This document shows, one piece after another, positions 26,578-35,034 of a DNA stretch of 64,000 bases (within the stretch, counting starts at the first letter, position 1; every line of letters starts with the position of its first letter). The notes beneath the pieces were generated by a model. That model searched no databases and had not been told where the DNA came from. It saw only the letters and a list, made by a program, of their open reading frames with translations. This DNA comes from a virus. A program made the translations under genes and the position numbers. The stretch covers positions 1-64,000 of the IMG/VR virus record IMGVR_UViG_3300047287_000420, one strand, 5' to 3'.

Positions 26578-27321
26578 ATGAAACTCAAGATGTACGCTTT
26601 AGTTGGATCACTTAGTGGCGTTGTTCTAGCGCTCGGCTTTCACCAAGGGCAACAGTTTTTCAAATCAAGAGAAGAAGTTAGCGAGTATCACCAGCAGATG
26701 CTGCTCGCAATGGAACAACCTTTAGAGTTGGGCAGCGATCCGGCTCGAACTTATCCCGATGGTGGGCTACCTCTGGACGCTACACCTGAACCAGGTTACC
26801 CAGACGAACCAGGATCTCTACGCCCGTCCATACAGTTCACACATCAACCTCCACCACTTCCTCCGCTATCTAACACACCGTTCCTCGTACTTAAAAAATC
26901 ATCGCAGTCGATCAAGTCAACTAAGGATCCTATTTGGACACTCCAGCTGATCAGTAAGGATGGAACTGTCCTAGATAGCCTGCAGGCTGTGACGGGTAGA
27001 GCGTCCCGACAAGCAGTTAATCGTCACATCGCTGGCACAAAGGCCCCTCTGCCTGTCGGAACTTACCGGATTGATCGAGCAGGAATCGAACGCGGACCCT
27101 TCAGCGATCCCGAATTAGGTCGCGGCTATTGGGTGCCGATCACTCCTCTGTTCGCCACAGGGCGATCCGAGCTTGGCTTTCACGTTGATCCTTCCTGGGG
27201 CAAACTCAACGGAGAGTCAGGCACTAGCGGTTGTATCGGTCTTGAGAACGTCGACGCAACTGTAAAGCTCGTGACGTGGATCAAGCACTTCAACGTATCC
27301 AAACTCATTGTTCAATCGTGA
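26578..27321 (+). CDS. Membrane-anchored L,D-transpeptidase (YkuD-like/DUF2778-like) domain protein
   Basis: AVTG, PLPVGTYRI, LGFHVD...GTSGCIGL (catalytic His/Cys). Confidence 0.75.
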   Translation: MKLKMYALVGSLSGVVLALGFHQGQQFFKSREEVSEYHQQMLLAMEQPLELGSDPARTYPDGGLPLDATPEPGYPDEPGSLRPSIQFTHQPPPLPPLSNTPFLVLKKSSQSIKSTKDPIWTLQLISKDGTVLDSLQAVTGRASRQAVNRHIAGTKAPLPVGTYRIDRAGIERGPFSDPELGRGYWVPITPLFATGRSELGFHVDPSWGKLNGESGTSGCIGLENVDATVKLVTWIKHFNVSKLIVQS

Positions 27322-27479
27322 TGCGCACCACTTACCAGAAACTGCAGATCCTCGCCCTGATCTTCTCTGCTTCAATTCTGTTGAGTGCTGTGATGCGAGG
27401 AGGGACAGTGGCGAAAACGGATTCGATGCAATGCCCAGTTGCCCCCAACGGCAAACTCTATTACGGACCTGGTTGCTGA
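27321..27479 (+). CDS. Small membrane/secreted peptide with a C-terminal Cys pair
   Basis: TGATG coupling, hydrophobic segment, then CPVAPNGKLYYGPGC. Confidence 0.55.
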   Translation: MRTTYQKLQILALIFSASILLSAVMRGGTVAKTDSMQCPVAPNGKLYYGPGC

Positions 27480-27716
27480 TGAAGATTCAACCTTAAACTC
27501 AACCCGAAACCTCCGGCTGCTTGTGACTTCCCCAATCACCATCGTTCTTCATTCTCAGATCAGCAGCAAACACATCACCTACACAAACATCAGCCCTCAA
27601 ACATTGCTCTCTGTGATCAAGGGCAGCAAGAGCAAGCCGGCTCGTGAGTTAGCAAACCGACTCATCCCAATCTTGGAAGACCTATCCAAGTAGACTTCTG
27701 ACGCACATCCCTCAGC

Positions 27717-27839
27717 ATGAAGCTCCTCACTAACCTCATCCTGATCTCAATCAGTCTTGTTTCTTTTAGCTCTGTGGCTGCCCACGCGCATCACACCGGG
27801 CAACACACCGAAGTCAACCAAGAACAATGTCAGAAGTAA
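27717..27839 (+). CDS. 40-aa peptide with Sec-type signal
   Basis: Not in the track: MKLLTNLILISISLVSFSSVAAHA-HHTGQHTEVNQEQCQK. Confidence 0.5.
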   Translation: MKLLTNLILISISLVSFSSVAAHAHHTGQHTEVNQEQCQK

Positions 27840-28024
27840 GCTTCACGCTCAAGGACATTCTCACCCTCCGGCGTGCTCTGAATGCTTTGGTTGTAAGGCA
27901 GGAACTTAACTTGCTGTCTGCCTCTGAGTCGATGAAAGAAGAGATCACAGCGACCTTGCTGGATCTGCACAACTTGGACATCAAATTACTACAGTTAAAA
28001 CCTGAATGCTCTCGCTCGCAATAG
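27827..28024 (+). CDS. Hypothetical protein
   Basis: ORF track. Confidence 0.55.
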   Translation: MSEVSFTLKDILTLRRALNALVVRQELNLLSASESMKEEITATLLDLHNLDIKLLQLKPECSRSQ

Positions 28025-28320
28025 AACCCTTTGCTCGGTACAATCCGCGTGAAGTATCCTGTACAACACTACTTATCTTTCTTGCCGTAGGGGAGTCTCA
28101 AGAGGGGCTCCTTCAGACGGACATAGCCCGGAAGCTGGACATCCCAAAGTCAAGCGTTAGTAGAAATTGCAGCATCCTGGATTCACAAACTCAAAAGGGT
28201 GAACCTGGTATGGGCCTCATCAGCAGGGAGCCCTGGCACGCAGATCAAAGAATCAAGTTTGTGAAACTAACAGAGAAGGGTCGCGCACTCTTTGATGAAA
28301 TTCACAGCAAACTGAGTTAG
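28006..28320 (+). CDS. MarR-type winged-helix regulator
   Basis: QTDIARKLDIPKSSVSRNCSIL...GLISRE...DQRIKFVKLTEKGR. Confidence 0.85.
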   Translation: MLSLAIEPFARYNPREVSCTTLLIFLAVGESQEGLLQTDIARKLDIPKSSVSRNCSILDSQTQKGEPGMGLISREPWHADQRIKFVKLTEKGRALFDEIHSKLS

Positions 28321-28345
28321 TCTCTCTGTCAGCTTATTGCTTCTT

Positions 28346-28861
28346 ATGGTGCTTCCGGACTGGCGGATCACAGCTCTCTGCCAAGGTGGAATGATCGAAC
28401 CGTTCGATCCCACGATGGTCAACCCGGCCAGTCTGGACATAACTCTCGGAACAAACATCTTCGTAGAGGTTGAAGACGGAGGTCTGCTACCTAAAGACAT
28501 TTCAGATCACACAAGATCTAATCCGTACCTACTGCTTCCTAACGAGTTCATCCTGGCTCAAAGCGCGGAAGTCTTCAACATCCCAGACTTTATCTGTGCT
28601 CAGTTTGCGCTTAAGTCATCCCTCGCCCGTGCAGGATTAGAGCACCTGATGGCGGGCTACATCGACCCAGGCTTCAACAACTCTGTGCTAACGCTCGAGT
28701 TCAAGAACGCTAAAAGGTTTAGTGCTTTCCCTCTGTGGCCTGGTATGCGGTGCGGTCAGATCATCTTTACTGAAATGTCTGACACGCCTCAGGTTAGCTA
28801 CAGATACACAGGCAGATACAATCACGATGCCAAGGTAGCCAGATCGAAGGGTCTCCTCTGA
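28346..28861 (+). CDS. dcd: dCTP deaminase
   Basis: NPASLDITLG, KSSLARAG, AGYIDPGF, LTLE, YRYTGRY. Confidence 0.9.
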   Translation: MVLPDWRITALCQGGMIEPFDPTMVNPASLDITLGTNIFVEVEDGGLLPKDISDHTRSNPYLLLPNEFILAQSAEVFNIPDFICAQFALKSSLARAGLEHLMAGYIDPGFNNSVLTLEFKNAKRFSAFPLWPGMRCGQIIFTEMSDTPQVSYRYTGRYNHDAKVARSKGLL

Positions 28862-29030
28862 TCTAAACGGATCTCTGCAGGGAGATCCCGTAAGACTCAG
28901 ATGAGAAAGATAAAAGTATTTAAGTATGTCCAGGTTTGTTGATAATCTTTTTATAGAAAAAGAAATTTAACTATGAAAAGTTACACATAGTACCCCGCCA
29001 AGCGTGTACAGATAAATTTCTGCGCAAGGG

Positions 29031-29059
29031 TTGACACGGTAAGCTGAGTGATGTACATT
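29031..29059 (+). promoter_or_regulatory. Sigma70-type promoter of the AAA/vWA operon
   Basis: TTGACA-17 nt-TACATT, preceded by an AT-rich tract (28900-28990) and followed by a leader hairpin. Confidence 0.75.
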
Positions 29060-29116
29060 GCTCTGCATGGGCGGCACCGGCCCTAAACGTGGTGCGCCTC
29101 CTTCGAATCACATCAA

Positions 29117-29542
29117 ATGACTAAGGTCACTACACAATCCCTGGTCGAACAGGGGCGCATCAGTGCAGAGCGTTACGATGCGTGCGACAACGCCCTGGCC
29201 GAGCTGAACGGAAGTTTCGGGACAGAGTACGAAGCTGCTCGGAGCAACCTCACAACCATGCTCTGCCACGCAGATCACTTCGGGTTGGATCTGTCCGTCT
29301 TCAAGGGCGACGACTCTCTGTTTAAGTTTCCTGAGTTCCGTACGAACATCGTTGTACGTATCGACCGGAGCCCCTCGCCTCACATCAAACTCGACAAGAT
29401 CAACGACAAGATCGCAGACCTGGAGCGCAAGCTGAAGCTGGCGAAGATCGAACGCGACAGCTTGATTAAACAACTCAACTTGACCGGGGCAGTCGATCTG
29501 GTCACTGACAAAATCACCGCAGTCTTCCGTCGTCTTAAGTGA
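29117..29542 (+). CDS. Hypothetical protein with a coiled coil
   Basis: First gene after the promoter. Confidence 0.7.
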   Translation: MTKVTTQSLVEQGRISAERYDACDNALAELNGSFGTEYEAARSNLTTMLCHADHFGLDLSVFKGDDSLFKFPEFRTNIVVRIDRSPSPHIKLDKINDKIADLERKLKLAKIERDSLIKQLNLTGAVDLVTDKITAVFRRLK

Positions 29543-30756
29543 TCATGAATAACGAAAAGATCTTCCTGATTCACTGCTCTGTAAGTGCCTCTGTTCGACA
29601 GAGCACTCAGATAAAGATGGCAGACCTGCAACTGCCTGGTGCTGTTATCGACGTACTCGAGAAACAACAATCAGTCTCGGTGCGTCCTACGCTCTCTGGG
29701 AGATTGAAGGAGTTCCTTAATCTTCTGAGGATCGAACAACGTAAGTTGTACGACGAGTGCACAATCCACAATGGTGACGTTCACTTCCTTCACGAGGACT
29801 ACTTTGAAGAAGCTATGGAGCGGATCGCCAAGATTCGTTCTGACGCTGCGAAGTACAACGAACAGCTGAACGAACTTTGGCTGGAAGAATACACTCGCTG
29901 GTCGAACACAGTCGAAGGCTTTCTCGAGCCGTTGTTCCGTGATGACCCCGAAGGTTTCAAGCTAGCTAAAGAAGCTTACTTAACTATCTTTCCTACCAAG
30001 CAGGAGTTCGAGAATCCAATCAGAGTCTTTGTGGTCGGACCAAACCCGATCAGCATGGTTGTCGCCGAAAACAAAGAGGAGCACGCCATTGCCACAGCGA
30101 TTCAGGAAGCCGCTCTGTTCAACACAAACGAAGTTCTTGAAGCTGCCCGTGAGGGTGCTGCTGATCGGGCACTGGCTAAAGCAGCCGAACTTCTCGATGA
30201 CTTAGACGTTCGAGTCTCTTCTAAGGTTGGTGAGCGCCAAACCGGCGGAGCTCGGCGGCGCGGTTCGTGGCAGATCACAGCGGAAACTCTGCAGCTGATC
30301 ACTAGACACTGCCCAGGTTTCGAAGATCTATTCAAACTTTCGGAGGATTTACTCGATGTAGGTGTAAGGCTTCAGAGTGATTCTGCAAAGGTAAAGAACC
30401 AAGCCTTTAAAGATTATGCGGATCTGAAGGGCAAGATTCGTAATGAACTCGAAGCAATCGTCAGCTCTCGAAACTCCAGCGACGGACTTGAGTCCTTGAA
30501 GAAATCGCTGGCTCTTTCTAATACCTATCGTGACCTACTCACGAAGATAAACACAGCAGAAACACAAGAGCAATTAGATGAGCTCCACCAGGAACTCCAA
30601 GTAGAAAAAGATGTCTATCAACAGCGAGCTAAGCATCTACAAACTCTGTTCGACCAACGAACTGAGCTAGTGAAAGCTCAATCAGCAAACCTGGATGATC
30701 TGATCAACGAGGTAAAAACCATTGAAGCAGAAACCACCGATGAACTTGACTTCTAA
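29539..30756 (+). CDS. DUF3150-like protein with C-terminal coiled coil
   Basis: Overall pattern (N-terminal strand, DL, long helices, FPTKQE) plus position upstream of the AAA/vWA pair. Family call by eye. Confidence 0.55.
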   Translation: MIMNNEKIFLIHCSVSASVRQSTQIKMADLQLPGAVIDVLEKQQSVSVRPTLSGRLKEFLNLLRIEQRKLYDECTIHNGDVHFLHEDYFEEAMERIAKIRSDAAKYNEQLNELWLEEYTRWSNTVEGFLEPLFRDDPEGFKLAKEAYLTIFPTKQEFENPIRVFVVGPNPISMVVAENKEEHAIATAIQEAALFNTNEVLEAAREGAADRALAKAAELLDDLDVRVSSKVGERQTGGARRRGSWQITAETLQLITRHCPGFEDLFKLSEDLLDVGVRLQSDSAKVKNQAFKDYADLKGKIRNELEAIVSSRNSSDGLESLKKSLALSNTYRDLLTKINTAETQEQLDELHQELQVEKDVYQQRAKHLQTLFDQRTELVKAQSANLDDLINEVKTIEAETTDELDF

Positions 30757-30880
30757 TCTGGATCAAAAAGCAATCGTTCTGCTGCTAGCAACGAAAAGCC
30801 TGAGTGGACCTTACCGCGACACGCGTAAGAAAAACTTCTTCAAGACTCTCGCCAAGACCCTTTACAAAATCTTCGACTGA
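30740..30880 (+). CDS. 46-aa basic hypothetical protein
   Basis: Not in the track. Its TGA overlaps the ATG of the AAA gene (TGATG). Confidence 0.5.
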   Translation: MNLTSNLDQKAIVLLLATKSLSGPYRDTRKKNFFKTLAKTLYKIFD

Positions 30881-32064
30881 TGAACGACACTCTCTTTGCA
30901 AACCTCCAAGGCTTCCGCTCTTCGCTTAACACCAGCTTCCTGGAACGCGAAGACATTGTTGACGGACTTCTGGCTTCGCTTATCACTAAACAAAATTGCT
31001 TCTTGTTTGGATTGCCTGGTACGGGTAAATCCGAATTGGTGCGAGCTGTTTCGAACGGATTCAAAGGATCTCAGTTCTTTGGTTACCTGCTCTCGCCCAC
31101 AACGGACCCGAGTGAACTGTTCGGCCCGGTGGCAGTTTCGAAGCTCCTAAAAGACGAGTATGTACGTGATGTCTCTGGATACTTACCCAGTGCCAACATT
31201 GCATTCTTAGATGAGCTGTTCCGTGGCAGCTCTGCTGTACTTAACTCTCTCCTGACTATCCTCAACGAGCGTATCTTCAACAACGGTCGCGAAGTAATCG
31301 AAACTCCGATTCAATCAATCGTTGCTGCTACGAACAGTTTCCCTCAAGAGGAATCTCTTCAAGCCTTCTGTGATCGATTCTTGTTTAGACCGACAGTAGA
31401 TCTTCTCAAAAAACCCACATCGAAGCGCACGCTTGACGCATGGGCCCTCGGTCTCAAGGACAGACCGACCGTTAAGTCAGATCTAACTTTCGAAGATCTT
31501 CAACAGTTACAACAGGAGGTTGTATCAATCAAAGCTAGCGATGAGTTTCTTGATTCCTTCTCGCAAGTAATTGACCTTCTGGCCACGCGGGGAATCACGA
31601 TCAGCGACCGCCGCCGAGTTCAGATTCTTAAGTTCTTGCGTGGTTGGGCACTTGTGCAGGGAGATGAAGAACTCTATCCAGAGCACCTGCACAGATCCTT
31701 AGTGCACATTGTGTACCAAACACAAGACGATGTACAAGTAATTAAGGAAGTTCTAGAGCAAGCAGTACCTACAGCAGAACGTCTCCTGGAAAGCATTAAG
31801 CGTGCTCACAGCGGGATCCTGACGGAATACCACGCGGTTCATTCGCAGGAATCTAAAAGCGTAGAGGATCTGAATCGGCTGGTAGGGAAGCTGCGAAAGA
31901 TGCACCGTGATCTGGATACACTCTCTAACAAACTAGACAACATCTTAGAATCAGGTCAGTATCGAATCAGTGCAGGTGCTAGACAAACTGCTACCAAGCT
32001 CGCTCAAGCAATCGAATCCTCCTCTCAATCTGTAGCTACATCCATTTCGAACCTCTCCTCATGA
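30880..32064 (+). CDS. MoxR/RavA-family AAA+ ATPase
   Basis: GLPGTGKS, TDPSELFGP, AFLDELF, LNSLLTILNER, AATN, DRF, ISDRR. Confidence 0.9.
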   Translation: MNDTLFANLQGFRSSLNTSFLEREDIVDGLLASLITKQNCFLFGLPGTGKSELVRAVSNGFKGSQFFGYLLSPTTDPSELFGPVAVSKLLKDEYVRDVSGYLPSANIAFLDELFRGSSAVLNSLLTILNERIFNNGREVIETPIQSIVAATNSFPQEESLQAFCDRFLFRPTVDLLKKPTSKRTLDAWALGLKDRPTVKSDLTFEDLQQLQQEVVSIKASDEFLDSFSQVIDLLATRGITISDRRRVQILKFLRGWALVQGDEELYPEHLHRSLVHIVYQTQDDVQVIKEVLEQAVPTAERLLESIKRAHSGILTEYHAVHSQESKSVEDLNRLVGKLRKMHRDLDTLSNKLDNILESGQYRISAGARQTATKLAQAIESSSQSVATSISNLSS

Positions 32065-33602
32065 AAACAAACACCGAGTTCCTCCGCCTGATAAACAACG
32101 AACCTTTGGTTCTTGCTGTTTCTCCGCTGTCGGACTTTCTGTGGGATGACTTTGTTCGGGACACTCGGCCAATCGTTAAGTATCTGGAGGATCGGTACAA
32201 CATCAAACAGCTCTCTCGTTTCGGGAAAGAGTTATTCGACTTCCTGTACAACGGCGGTCAATGCACTACGGTCATCACTCTGGATGAAGCTGAAACGTAC
32301 TTTCGTGCGAAACAGAACGGCCAGAACCCAGAGTTCCCAAAGGGCTACAAGCCTGAATCAGCTTTTTGGGTGAACCTGTTCATTCAAGTGTGTGAGTCAC
32401 CGGCATGGCCACGGCTGATGGGTCTTTCGGTCGGCGACCAGTTCACTGCAGGAAACAATGCTGTTAATGTACTCAATGAGCTGAGTGAAGTAATCGAATC
32501 TCAAATCGAACAGGGGATTCTTGACGTCGCATTACTGGCAGACGCAGGCAAAGAGCTGCAGGATATCCGTGAGCAGTTCATGGCCGCTAAAAAAGAAGGG
32601 GACAACGCAAAGGCAGCTCAACTTCGCCAGAAAGGAAAGGAGCTAGGTCAGCAGCTCGAAGAGTCTGTCCAACGAGCAGGTGAAGCTCTCCAGCCACAAG
32701 TGGATAAAGCGATTGATAAAGCGCACCAAAGCGCTAAGGACACTCAGGAAGCAATGAGCCAGCTTGCTGGTTCCGAAGCAGGGAAGGGCGTGGCGCTGAA
32801 CGACCTGGAGCAGAAGCGCAAGCTTGCACGGAGGCTTAGTGCAAACCCCGGCCTCAAGCAACTAGTTCGGAAGTTAGGTGCTCTGCGTCAAGCTTGGGCG
32901 GATCGGAAGCGTGCACGTAAAGCACAGACAAAATACAGTGACATCGTTGGAGCGAAATTCTCTGATGAAGTCATCAAAGCGTACCCAGCTGAGATTGCGC
33001 TGGCTGCCACAGAGCAAGGGCGGGCCTTGTTTGCTCTCAAGTACAGCCAAAAGACTCTGCTCACTAAGGACTACGAAGCAAAGATCAAAGAGCTCGATAA
33101 AGGTCCTGTTGTTATGTACATCGACATCAGCGGATCGATGGCAGGTGAGTCAGAGCTCTGGTCGAAAGCTATGGCTTACGTCATCGCAGAGGAATGCTTG
33201 AAGCAAAACAGGGCAACACACATTCACCTATTCGACACGGTGGTTCAGAAAAGTATTCATCTGGAGAAAGACAGAGCCGACAACGAAAAACTTCTGAACT
33301 TTGTTCTTAGTTGGACAACGAAAGGCGGAACTTCGTTCTGCTCGGTGATCGACCACGCGCTGACAAAGATCAATTTCGTTGAGAAAGCAGACATTTTGAT
33401 GATTACAGATGGGAACGCCGAGGTATCTGATTCCTTCGTGCGGCGCCTAAATGCGTTCAAACAAGAGCACGGTGTTCAGTGGAACAGCTTCTGCATAGGC
33501 AGACAAGCCCGTGTGCTCAAAGAGTTCAGTGATAATGTGCACACTGTAGATCCTCTAGATGACCCAAGCAGTGCCGAACTGTTTCAAGACGCGATGCGAT
33601 AA
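32061..33602 (+). CDS. ViaA-like vWA (MIDAS) domain protein
   Basis: KGPVVMYIDISGSM, GGTSF, ADILMITDG. Confidence 0.9.
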   Translation: MKTNTEFLRLINNEPLVLAVSPLSDFLWDDFVRDTRPIVKYLEDRYNIKQLSRFGKELFDFLYNGGQCTTVITLDEAETYFRAKQNGQNPEFPKGYKPESAFWVNLFIQVCESPAWPRLMGLSVGDQFTAGNNAVNVLNELSEVIESQIEQGILDVALLADAGKELQDIREQFMAAKKEGDNAKAAQLRQKGKELGQQLEESVQRAGEALQPQVDKAIDKAHQSAKDTQEAMSQLAGSEAGKGVALNDLEQKRKLARRLSANPGLKQLVRKLGALRQAWADRKRARKAQTKYSDIVGAKFSDEVIKAYPAEIALAATEQGRALFALKYSQKTLLTKDYEAKIKELDKGPVVMYIDISGSMAGESELWSKAMAYVIAEECLKQNRATHIHLFDTVVQKSIHLEKDRADNEKLLNFVLSWTTKGGTSFCSVIDHALTKINFVEKADILMITDGNAEVSDSFVRRLNAFKQEHGVQWNSFCIGRQARVLKEFSDNVHTVDPLDDPSSAELFQDAMR

Positions 33603-33655
33603 AACACAGCCCAGATAAACCAGGTTTAAATTAGGGGACAAGCGCTGTCTCCTAA

Positions 33656-34084
33656 GTGAACCGACAAGCTGAAGCAGCCGCTATTAAAAGATTAGAAGCA
33701 GAGTATTCTCCTGCCACGGAGAGATTTGAGCTCGAGGATTGGGTAGCTCAACAATTATTCGATACGTACCATAACTTAACTGAGAACCAGTCGGCATTAT
33801 TTAGGTTCCGAGAAGCAGTTATTATCTATGTCCCAACAACAGAACTATTCAACATAACGAGATTGGTAGATAAAGATATAACAGAACACTGTATTCTGCT
33901 GAGCAGCTTTTTACATAAGAATTACGGTGTACGCAAACTTAGCAACAAAGCAGAGGTAGAGATGGCTCTGATGCTGAGCGAGCATGACTTTGAGTTGATG
34001 TCGATGCAGATAGTGACGGATATGCTGCACTGGTACGACCTTATGACACTAGCGAACGAAGTGCTGACGAGTAAACCGCATTAA
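33656..34084 (+). CDS. Hypothetical protein
   Basis: ORF track. Confidence 0.6.
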   Translation: MNRQAEAAAIKRLEAEYSPATERFELEDWVAQQLFDTYHNLTENQSALFRFREAVIIYVPTTELFNITRLVDKDITEHCILLSSFLHKNYGVRKLSNKAEVEMALMLSEHDFELMSMQIVTDMLHWYDLMTLANEVLTSKPH

Positions 34085-34165
34085 CTAAAACCTTAAGATA
34101 ATCTGAAGTATTCGGCTGGGTGTGCATTGGAAAGATAGGCTTCTCTCGTTCCATTTTTTCATTAC

Positions 34166-34978
34166 ATGAACTTCAAGTTCAAAATCGGTGAAACCAGCCT
34201 GGACAACAGCGAAGCTCGTGCTCTCTTGAGTGCAGCAGGCCGTGATAGCGCAATTGTCGTAGACATTGCCGAGCACATCGATCCAACAATGATCGACGCC
34301 AAAAAGCTGTTCTCGATCAGCGTGGAAACCAAAAACCCCACGCTTGCTTCCTTGGCAGCACGCTTTGCTATTGAAGGCGTCGAGACTCCTAAGAAGCGTA
34401 CGTATACGCGTACGGACGCAAACCGGATCTCAAGGATTGAAGTTAAAGAGACCTTCAGCCAGCCGGCTCAAGCAATCGACGCTCTTTGTCAGATGAAGAG
34501 CTTGAAAGCAATCGGAGCTGCCATGATTCTCGATGGTGTTTCGGATGGCAACAGCCGCACCCTGCGGCAAATCGCCACCAGCTGCGTTAACGGGATGGCC
34601 TACCGGGGATCTGTGAGCCCGGACTCGCAGTGCTTCATGGGCTTCGTAAAGGATGGAGACGGACACTACCGCACTCTGAACCAGGGACCGAACATCCCTC
34701 GGTCTGCCTGCTACCACGCCTCTCCGATGTATAACGCGGTCCGTGACGGGGCAGCTCTGCTGAAGGAGTGGGGGCTCATCGAAATGAGCGAACACATTGA
34801 GTTCGGCAGCAAGGATAAAGATCTGGATGAAAACAGCCGTCAGCTGCGCCGGACTGTTTATGCTGTGACTCCAACGGCGATGGGGCAGAAGGTGGCGCAC
34901 GAATGGGGCGACATCTCAGATTTCATCAGCCACCAGTGGAGCAGCCGCATCCGCGAAAGAAGGGTCTACGCTGCTTAA
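34166..34978 (+). CDS. Hypothetical protein, possible C-terminal winged helix
   Basis: RTLRQIA...LKEWGLIE...RRTVYAVTPTAMG. Confidence 0.65.
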   Translation: MNFKFKIGETSLDNSEARALLSAAGRDSAIVVDIAEHIDPTMIDAKKLFSISVETKNPTLASLAARFAIEGVETPKKRTYTRTDANRISRIEVKETFSQPAQAIDALCQMKSLKAIGAAMILDGVSDGNSRTLRQIATSCVNGMAYRGSVSPDSQCFMGFVKDGDGHYRTLNQGPNIPRSACYHASPMYNAVRDGAALLKEWGLIEMSEHIEFGSKDKDLDENSRQLRRTVYAVTPTAMGQKVAHEWGDISDFISHQWSSRIRERRVYAA

Positions 34979-35003
34979 AGCTTCATCCAACAACCACAAA
35001 AAC

Positions 35004-35027
35004 GGGGCGTCGAAAGGCGCCCTTTTT
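35004..35027 (+). terminator. Intrinsic terminator-like hairpin directly before polA
   Basis: GGGCGTC-GAAA-GGCGCCC-TTTTT. Confidence 0.7.
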
Positions 35028-35034
35028 AAGTCAC

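Noticed and set aside
34903-35034. N-terminal extension of PolA in the track
   Set aside because: It overlaps the upstream gene and a terminator hairpin. ATG 35035 fits the exonuclease domain start.
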